Shown: piece by piece, positions 6,006-11,663 of the stretch
Layout of the letters: each line of letters opens with the position of its first letter
How positions within the stretch are numbered: position 1 is the first letter of the stretch
Position numbers and translations under genes: made by a program
The notes under the pieces: generated by a model
Told to the model about the DNA's origin: nothing
The model's input: only the letters and a program-made list of their open reading frames with translations
The model's database searches: none
Assembly (NCBI GenBank): GCA_038205935.1
Contig: JBBRBK010000062.1
Coordinates: 1 to 11,663, forward strand
Origin: Campylobacterales bacterium
Lineage (GTDB): Bacteria; Campylobacterota; Campylobacteria; Campylobacterales; Sulfurimonadaceae
Length of the DNA: 11,663 nucleotides
Direction of reading: 5' to 3'

Positions 6006-7721
6006 ATGAAATTTAATAAATTGATTATTTCAACTGCTGTTCTTTTAGTATCAGCGAATCTTTATGCGGGTACATCAACTATGGACTTTGCAAAAGTTTA
6101 TGAGAACGAGTGCCAAGGATGTCATGGACCGATTCATCAAGGTGGTGTAGGATCAGATCTCAGACCAGCTGCATTGAAAGAAAAAGCTAGACATATATTG
6201 GCTGAGACTATTTTAAACGGTAGAGAAAATACGGCGATGCCAAGTTGGAGTTCGAAATTCTCACCTGATGATGCAACGGGAATGGTTGACTGGTTAATGG
6301 ACTGGAAGAATACTGTTGAGCTTACTCTGTCTTTAGATGAAGTAAAAAAAACATGGGTTAAATTGGCAGATAGAGAAGCATTACTAAAAAAATATCCAAA
6401 TGCAGTAGATACAAAATCTGTGTTAGATATCACATTTGCAACAGAAAGAGATGCATCATTAGTTGACTTTATTGACTCAACGAATGGAAAAGTTCTTTCT
6501 CGTCATAAAGCTGGATTTGCAGTTCACGTAACCGTTACAAATAAAAAATTTCCAAGATATGCATATTGTATTAGCCGTTCTGGAAGACTTACAATGTTTG
6601 ATATTGCAGCCCCTGGACAACCAGCGATCGCTTCTGTTCAAGTTGGACAAGAATCTCGTGGTTTAGCAGTTTCTCCAGATGGAAAATATGTAATTGCGGG
6701 TAACTACAACCCAGGCGGAGCTGTTTTATGTGATGCTATGACATTAGAGCCTTTAAAAGCATATGACACAAGTCGTGTTATAGATACAGATGGACAAATT
6801 GGGCCATCACGTGTTGCAGCCCTTGCGGATACTCCATATGGTCCGTACTTTGGAATGGCTTTGAAAGATGCAGGGCGTGTTTACATCATTGATTATTCAA
6901 AACCTGGATTTCCGATTGTAGGGGATGTTGCAAATATCGGTAAAGTTCTTCATGACGTATTTGAAAATGAAGATAAGGGTCCAAATTTTGGAAGATATTT
7001 TATGATTGCTTCACAAGGAAGTGATTTGATGGGTATTGTTGATTTTAAAACTAAAACACTTGCTGCAAAAGTCTATACGGGAGATAAATCTAAGCCACAC
7101 CCAGGTCAGGGTGCATCTTGGTATTCTAAAGGACAAAAAGAACAGTTACATGCAACACAAAGTATGAATTTTGGTTCTATTGTTATTTGGAACAGTAATT
7201 GGAAAGTTGTGAAAAAAGTTGAAACAGCTGGTGGAGGTTTGTTTGTAGGAACAGATCATAAAACGCCATATATCTGGGCTGACTGTGTTATCGCAAAACC
7301 TGAAAATTATAATAAAATGTATCTCATCAATAAAGATACGTTGGAAACAGATAGAATCATTGAAGTGAACAAGGACAAAGGACATCTTATAGATGCGAAG
7401 ACTAAGAAAGTACTTCAAACATGGGATGCAACGCAATACGCGAATATTCCTGAAAATGAAGTACAGTCAACTATCAGCAATGAAAAACTCATGCCTTATC
7501 CTACTAGTAAAGGTGCTGTAGTAAAAGATCCGGTACAACCAAGATTGCTTCATGCTGAACCTGCAAACCATGGTGAATGGACAATGATTTCAGAATGGAC
7601 AACGGGAAGAATAGGGATTTATGAATCTAAAACAGGGAAGTTCGTTAAATATATTTACAATTTAACAACACCTACATTTACATACTCTGTCGAACATAGA
7701 CAACATGTTCCGGGTGCTTAA
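6006..7721 (+). CDS. nirS: Cytochrome cd1 nitrite reductase
   Basis: AGGAGG RBS, Sec signal peptide, CQGCH heme c motif with TAMPSW Met ligand, GFAVHV (heme d1 proximal His), VLHD and KPHPGQG (distal His pair), beta-propeller repeats, TPT near the C-terminus; 571 aa beside norCB. Confidence 0.93.
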   Translation: MKFNKLIISTAVLLVSANLYAGTSTMDFAKVYENECQGCHGPIHQGGVGSDLRPAALKEKARHILAETILNGRENTAMPSWSSKFSPDDATGMVDWLMDWKNTVELTLSLDEVKKTWVKLADREALLKKYPNAVDTKSVLDITFATERDASLVDFIDSTNGKVLSRHKAGFAVHVTVTNKKFPRYAYCISRSGRLTMFDIAAPGQPAIASVQVGQESRGLAVSPDGKYVIAGNYNPGGAVLCDAMTLEPLKAYDTSRVIDTDGQIGPSRVAALADTPYGPYFGMALKDAGRVYIIDYSKPGFPIVGDVANIGKVLHDVFENEDKGPNFGRYFMIASQGSDLMGIVDFKTKTLAAKVYTGDKSKPHPGQGASWYSKGQKEQLHATQSMNFGSIVIWNSNWKVVKKVETAGGGLFVGTDHKTPYIWADCVIAKPENYNKMYLINKDTLETDRIIEVNKDKGHLIDAKTKKVLQTWDATQYANIPENEVQSTISNEKLMPYPTSKGAVVKDPVQPRLLHAEPANHGEWTMISEWTTGRIGIYESKTGKFVKYIYNLTTPTFTYSVEHRQHVPGA

Positions 7722-7731
7722 TGTATAATTG

Positions 7732-7755
7732 TTACTCTCTCATAAGAGAGAGTAA
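7732..7755 (+). terminator. Stem-loop after nirS (probable partial terminator or 3' stabiliser)
   Basis: Perfect 10-bp stem TTACTCTCTC-ATAA-GAGAGAGTAA starting 10 nt after the nirS stop, followed by only TTT. Confidence 0.7.
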
Positions 7756-7796
7756 TTTACTAAGCTGTAGTAAGACTGTATCTTAGTAAGTTACTC
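7750..7796. repeat. Long imperfect inverted repeat overlapping the post-nirS stem-loop
   Basis: GAGTAATTTACTAAG-C-TGTAGT-AAG-ACTGTA-T-CTTAGTAAGTTACTC: 15-bp outer stem (one G-U), a C/U mismatch, 6-bp inner stem (two G-U), 3-nt loop. Confidence 0.8.
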
Positions 7797-7818
7797 CACG
7801 ATAAAGAAAAGAGGTGAA

Positions 7819-8127
7819 ATGAAATTTGTTTTACATATATTGTTTGTAATCGTCGCTGCTTCTTTTGCACAAAGCCCAAATGGAAAAGTCGTCTTTGAAA
7901 AATATTGCTGGGGTTGTCATCATCAAACAGCAATGGCTTTTGGTCCGCCATTTTCTCAAATTGCAGATACAAGAACACCCGAAGAGATAGAAGCCTATAT
8001 CATAAGCCCAGAATCCATGTATAAATCATTTGGATACAAAAGAACAGTTATGACTCAGTTTCATCTTGGTGATGAAGAACGAAAATCGATAGTGCAATAT
8101 ATACTCTCATTTAAAGGAAAACAGTAA
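7819..8127 (+). CDS. Small periplasmic monoheme cytochrome c (NirC- or NirM-like role)
   Basis: GAGGTG RBS, signal peptide, GKVVFEKYCWGCH heme motif, GPPF, distal Met candidate in TVMTQF; TAATG coupling to nirJ. NirC and NirM cannot be distinguished by eye. Confidence 0.88.
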   Translation: MKFVLHILFVIVAASFAQSPNGKVVFEKYCWGCHHQTAMAFGPPFSQIADTRTPEEIEAYIISPESMYKSFGYKRTVMTQFHLGDEERKSIVQYILSFKGKQ

Positions 8128-9251
8128 TGTTTAGACTCTCAAATCTAATATCATCAGTTGTTGAAGATAAGCCTGAGCGTAATCTTGATGGTGCTATCGC
8201 TATCTGGAACTTTACAAATAGATGCAACCTTTCATGTCTGCATTGTTATTCAAAATCAACTTTGGACGAAGTTGATACTTTAACGACCCAGCAGATTAAA
8301 AAAACAATTTTACAAATGAAAGAGAGTGGGATCAAGTTTATTATCTTTTCCGGTGGAGAGCCACTCACAAGAAAAGATATTTTTGAGATAGCTGATTTTT
8401 GTAAGGCCAATGGAGTTGTAACCTATCTTTCTAGTAATGGATTGTATTTCACTACTAAAAATGTACAACATATTGTAGATACTTTTAATTACATCGGCAT
8501 CAGTATAGATGGAGATGAGCCGACACATGACTATTTTCGAGGGTTAAAAGGGGCATTTAAAGAAACACTCAAAGCTGTGTTACTTGCCAATGCTACGGGC
8601 GCAAAAGTGGGTATCCGTTTTACTATGACAAAAGATACCATCAATTCTTTGGAGTACATTTTTGATTTAGTTGAAAAACACAATATTCCAAAAATCTATA
8701 TCTCTCATTTAGTCTATTCCGGTCGAGGCTTGGATAATTTAAAAATGGATTTAACAAAAGAACAAAGGCGCAAAGCAGTTGAGTTTATTTTGGCCAAAGC
8801 TTTTGAGTACTATAAAACAGGCAGAGATATAGAGATAGTAACGGGCAATATGGAACAAGATGCGATTCTTTTTTTAGATGAATTCACAAAACATTATCCT
8901 GAATTAAACTCTAAAATGAGAAAGAAGCTACTTGCTTGGGGTGGTAATTCTGCAGGAAGAAAACTTTTAAATATTAACTCCGAGGGTGATGTAAGACCAG
9001 ATCCATTTTTTCCTCTCACTATTGGAAACATATTAAAAGAGGATTTTGGAGCTATCTGGCAAAAAGGGGAACTATTGGATAAATTAAGAGTGCACCCAAG
9101 AGAAATAAGCGGTATTTGCTCTACATGTAAGCAGATCGAGATTTGTAACGGGGGTTCGCGCGCAAGAGCGTACGCTATTACAGGTGATTTATGGAGTGAA
9201 GACCCCTCATGTTATTTAACTCAACTAGAAAGAGAAGGAAGTATATTATGA
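8127..9251 (+). CDS. nirJ: Heme d1 biosynthesis radical SAM enzyme
   Basis: MFRLS N-terminus, IWNFTNRCNLSCLHCY (CX3CX2C), SGGEPL, KIYISHLVYSGRG, WGGNSAG, GDVRPDPF, and C-terminal CX2CX5C...DPSCY auxiliary-cluster motif. Confidence 0.93.
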   Translation: MFRLSNLISSVVEDKPERNLDGAIAIWNFTNRCNLSCLHCYSKSTLDEVDTLTTQQIKKTILQMKESGIKFIIFSGGEPLTRKDIFEIADFCKANGVVTYLSSNGLYFTTKNVQHIVDTFNYIGISIDGDEPTHDYFRGLKGAFKETLKAVLLANATGAKVGIRFTMTKDTINSLEYIFDLVEKHNIPKIYISHLVYSGRGLDNLKMDLTKEQRRKAVEFILAKAFEYYKTGRDIEIVTGNMEQDAILFLDEFTKHYPELNSKMRKKLLAWGGNSAGRKLLNINSEGDVRPDPFFPLTIGNILKEDFGAIWQKGELLDKLRVHPREISGICSTCKQIEICNGGSRARAYAITGDLWSEDPSCYLTQLEREGSIL

Positions 9252-10354
9252 AATTAAAGTTTAAAAAAATATTGTTGAATACCTTTTTAGGTGCTACATT
9301 GCTGACAAGCCTTCATGCTAATGAAAAGTTTTTTGTGGTCGAGAGAGAAAATAGTTCTTTGGCAGTTATAGAAAATGGCTTAGTAGATACACATATAGAA
9401 GATGTGCATAATATGAATCATGGTGTTATCAAGTTTTATGAAAATGACGGTTATCTCATAAGTCGTGATGGTTACATCATGAAGTTTGATCCAAAAACGG
9501 ATAAAAAACTCAAAGAATTTAAAACAAGCAATAGCGCTATAGGCTTTGTAATTAGTAAATATTATGTTGCAGTAGCAAACTATGACAATAAAAGTGTGGA
9601 TATTTTAGATAGAGATCTCAATCCTGTTCAATCTTTTAAAACAGACTCAAGAAATGTTGGTATTAAAGTTTATAAAGACTATCTAGTATTTGCGCAAATG
9701 GATAGTGATAAAATCACGATTCTACATGACAAAAACAAGGGGAAAAAGATTCCAAATTTTGAACCTTTCAAAGAGTTTGATAGTGTTGGAGTTATGCCTT
9801 TTGATGCCATGATTATGGATAACAACTTTATTGTTGGATTCTTTAAAAGCCCATATTTTGGTGTGGTTAATCTGGATAATATGACATTTTCAAAGATAAG
9901 TATCGAGCTTGATGAGAGAAAACCTGTTTTAAAAGTTCCACATTTTGGACAATGGAGCATCGGAGGGGGACATGTTTATGTTCCAGCCGTTGGGGATAAT
10001 AAAGTGTTTGTCTATACTCCAGATTTTAAATTTGTAAAGAGTATAACAACAGAGGGTTTGCCTGTATTTACAGCACTTTCACCAGATAATAGATATCTTG
10101 CAGTAACATTTAGCGGAGAGAAATTTCCAGTTATTCAGATCATTGATACTAAAACATTTCAAATTATAAAAAGATTTGAATTTGCTGGAAAAGTCTTACA
10201 TGTAAGATGGTCAAACGAGACATCTGATTTGTACGTTTCGGTCAATGATGCAAATATGATATCAGTGATAGATACAAACGATTGGTTTGTCAATCGCGAT
10301 ATTCTTCAGATTCAAAAACCATCTGGAATATTTCTTTTTGAGGACAACAAATGA
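9248..10354 (+). CDS. nirF: Periplasmic heme d1-binding beta-propeller protein
   Basis: Start reassigned to ATG 9248 (GAAGGAAG RBS, ATGA overlap with the nirJ stop), giving 368 aa. Signal peptide ends SLHA with no lipobox Cys. Motifs VVERE, SRDG, KVPHFGQW, GLPVF..SPD, VLHVRW, KPSGIF; no CxxCH. Confidence 0.88.
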   Translation: MKLKFKKILLNTFLGATLLTSLHANEKFFVVERENSSLAVIENGLVDTHIEDVHNMNHGVIKFYENDGYLISRDGYIMKFDPKTDKKLKEFKTSNSAIGFVISKYYVAVANYDNKSVDILDRDLNPVQSFKTDSRNVGIKVYKDYLVFAQMDSDKITILHDKNKGKKIPNFEPFKEFDSVGVMPFDAMIMDNNFIVGFFKSPYFGVVNLDNMTFSKISIELDERKPVLKVPHFGQWSIGGGHVYVPAVGDNKVFVYTPDFKFVKSITTEGLPVFTALSPDNRYLAVTFSGEKFPVIQIIDTKTFQIIKRFEFAGKVLHVRWSNETSDLYVSVNDANMISVIDTNDWFVNRDILQIQKPSGIFLFEDNK

Positions 10355-11091
10355 GCAGAGTATATTTAACTGGTGCTGGTCCAGGCGATATTGAGCTATT
10401 GACACTAAAAGCGCTGAGAGTCATAAAAGAGGCTGACGTCATTATCTATGATCGTCTTGCAAATCCAGATATCTTAGAAGAAGCAAAAGATGGATGTGAG
10501 TTTGTATATGTTGGCAAAGAAGACGGACATCATATCATGCCTCAAGATGATATAAACGAGACAATCTACCAAAATGCACTCAAGCATAAAGTTGTTGTGA
10601 GATTAAAAGGGGGCGATCCATTTGTTTTTGGTCGAGGAGGTGAGGAAGCAGCATACCTTCAAGAACGAGGAGTCCTTTTTGAGATAATTCCGGGTATCAC
10701 CTCTGCCATAAGTGTTCCGGCTTACGCAGGTATTCCTGTCACTCATCGAGGTGTTGCTGTCTCATTTCGCGTCGTCACAGCACATGAGTCACCAAATAAA
10801 AAAGAATCACAGATACCTTGGGAACATTACAAATCTGATGACACCATTGTTTTTTTAATGGGACTGCATAATCTTGCTAAAATTTCCAAAAAACTCATTG
10901 AGATTGGTAAGCCGAGCGATTGCCCATGTGCAGTGATCTCAAAAGGAACGACAAAAGATCAGCAAGTGGTTGTAGGTACACTTTCAGATATAGTCCAAAA
11001 AGCGGTCGATGTACCAACTCCAGCACTTATCATCGTTGGAGAAGTTGTGAAACTACGCCAACAACTACAGTGGTTTGAAGGCAATTCCTAA
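10351..11091 (+). CDS. nirE: SAM-dependent uroporphyrinogen-III C-methyltransferase (NirE/CobA)
   Basis: VYLTGAGPGD..LLTLKA, YDRL, VVRLKGGDPFVFGRGGEE, PGITSA, AGIPVTHRG; GAGG RBS and ATGA overlap with nirF. The nirE name rather than cobA comes from context. Confidence 0.93.
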   Translation: MSRVYLTGAGPGDIELLTLKALRVIKEADVIIYDRLANPDILEEAKDGCEFVYVGKEDGHHIMPQDDINETIYQNALKHKVVVRLKGGDPFVFGRGGEEAAYLQERGVLFEIIPGITSAISVPAYAGIPVTHRGVAVSFRVVTAHESPNKKESQIPWEHYKSDDTIVFLMGLHNLAKISKKLIEIGKPSDCPCAVISKGTTKDQQVVVGTLSDIVQKAVDVPTPALIIVGEVVKLRQQLQWFEGNS

Positions 11092-11102
11092 TACATCGCT
11101 CT

Positions 11103-11297
11103 TTATAGATAATATAAAAGTGATGATAAAAGAAGTGCGAATAAGAACGTCGCACTTACCATAATACTCCGCTTGTGAAACTCTTGAATGTTGTATCTTC
11201 GTTCCAAAAAATCCGCCATTTTTATACCTACAAAAATTGTGAAAAAAAACATTGGGAAAGTCATTACCAATATAATTAAGAGATCATGTAATGTCAA
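11103..11297 (-). CDS. Small hypothetical membrane protein, 64 aa, two TM segments
   Basis: TTG start with AAAGAG upstream, two hydrophobic helices around a charged loop, fills otherwise non-coding space, and has an extended -10 upstream on the same strand. Confidence 0.68.
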   Translation of the reverse strand: MTLHDLLIILVMTFPMFFFTIFVGIKMADFLERRYNIQEFHKRSIMVSATFLFALLLSSLLYYL

Positions 11298-11312
11298 AAT
11301 AAACTCTTTTTA

Positions 11313-11326
11313 TTGAGATATGTCAA
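11313..11326. promoter_or_regulatory. Crp/Fnr-family box TTGAG-ATAT-GTCAA upstream of the 40-aa ORF and moaA
   Basis: TTGA-N6-TCAA, with TATCAT (11349-11354) 22 nt downstream on the + strand. Confidence 0.78.
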
Positions 11327-11344
11327 ACTGCTTTGACTTTTTTT

Positions 11345-11353
11345 ATTATATCA
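11345..11353 (-). promoter_or_regulatory. Extended -10 promoter (TGATATAAT) for the 64-aa ORF
   Basis: Reverse complement of ATTATATCA is TG-A-TATAAT, a perfect TGnTATAAT, about 48 nt upstream of the TTG start. Confidence 0.6.
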
Positions 11354-11399
11354 TTTAGTTAATTTATAGAAATGATACAAATCAATAAAAGGAAAAAAG

Positions 11400-11522
11400 A
11401 TGAATCAAATTTTGACATTCTCATTGCTTGTAACCATGTCGGCAGTTTTTATTCTTATTTTTACGTTTATTTCATTTGCTCAAAACTATGAGTTAATTCA
11501 GTTTTATCAAATATATAGCTAA
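11400..11522 (+). CDS. Small hydrophobic peptide, 40 aa, upstream of moaA (not in ORF track)
   Basis: [48 protein letters not shown] at 11389-11393; its stop abuts the moaA RBS. Confidence 0.6.
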   Translation: MNQILTFSLLVTMSAVFILIFTFISFAQNYELIQFYQIYS

Positions 11523-11533
11523 AAGGATTTTTT

Positions 11534-11663
11534 TTGCTAATAGATAGTTATGACAGAGTAGTAGACTATATCCGCGTCTCAGTCACAGAACGATGTAATT
11601 TTAGATGCCAATACTGTATGCCAGAGAAACCTTTTTCATGGGTTCCAAAAGAGAACTTACTTT
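11534..11663 (+). CDS. moaA: GTP 3',8-cyclase (molybdenum cofactor biosynthesis), 5' part only
   Basis: TTG start after AAGGA; (M)[42 protein letters not shown] is the typical MoaA N-terminus with CX3CX2C. Truncated by the window edge. Confidence 0.95.
   Translation, partial: MLIDSYDRVVDYIRVSVTERCNFRCQYCMPEKPFSWVPKENLL

Noticed and set aside
6137..6433. 98-aa minus-strand ORF
   Set aside because: Antisense shadow of nirS.
7146..7436. 96-aa minus-strand ORF
   Set aside because: Antisense shadow of nirS.
6006..7721. Alternative call of NirN for the cytochrome c-d1 protein
   Set aside because: Length, position next to norCB, very strong RBS, flanking stem-loops and AVH/LHD/PHPG motifs favour NirS, and it is the only candidate for the reductase. 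A phylogeny would settle it.
7750..7796. MITE, IS end or CRISPR repeat interpretation of the long palindrome
   Set aside because: Single copy in the window, with no spacers, transposase or evident target duplication; kept as an RNA-structure finding.
7760..7978. 72-aa minus-strand ORF
   Set aside because: Overlaps the cytochrome c gene on the opposite strand; no motif or clear RBS.
8310..8528. 72-aa minus-strand ORF
   Set aside because: Antisense shadow of nirJ.
9209..9247. Upstream ATG for nirF giving an RKRRK, Tat-like leader
   Set aside because: Lies inside nirJ without a clear RBS. ATG 9248 has an RBS, an ATGA overlap and a normal Sec signal peptide.
9679..9960. 93-aa minus-strand ORF with CPKC
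   Set aside because: Antisense shadow of nirF; the lone CxxC is likely chance.

Overview
AT-rich bacterial window holding a compact denitrification locus. Protein style and gene order suggest Campylobacterota (Sulfurimonas/Sulfurovum-like); that assignment is inference. In order: a divergent, edge-truncated SirC/Met8p-type siroheme gene; an operon of a fused NirDL (AhbA/B-type) siroheme decarboxylase, three small membrane ORFs and an atypical SDR; a main unit of a 107-aa membrane protein, norC, norB, a 50-aa single-TM ORF, nirS, a small cytochrome c, nirJ, nirF and nirE/cobA; a convergent 64-aa membrane ORF; then a 40-aa ORF and the 5' end of moaA. Several signals are missing from the ORF track. 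(i) Three TTGA-N6-TCAA Crp/Fnr-family boxes, each exactly 22 nt before a TAnnnT -10 element, define a three-promoter regulon. (ii) Three small ORFs (53, 50, 40 aa) have RBS or coupling signals. (iii) NorB has H-R-Q in place of the cytoplasmic D-R-E motif, no norQ/norD is in the window, and norCB is flanked by two small membrane proteins, suggesting a NorQD-independent cNOR with extra subunits. (iv) Two overlapping, competing hairpins follow nirS. (v) Overlapping divergent -10 elements form a possible switch upstream of moaA. No mobile elements, CRISPR arrays, tRNA or rRNA were seen.
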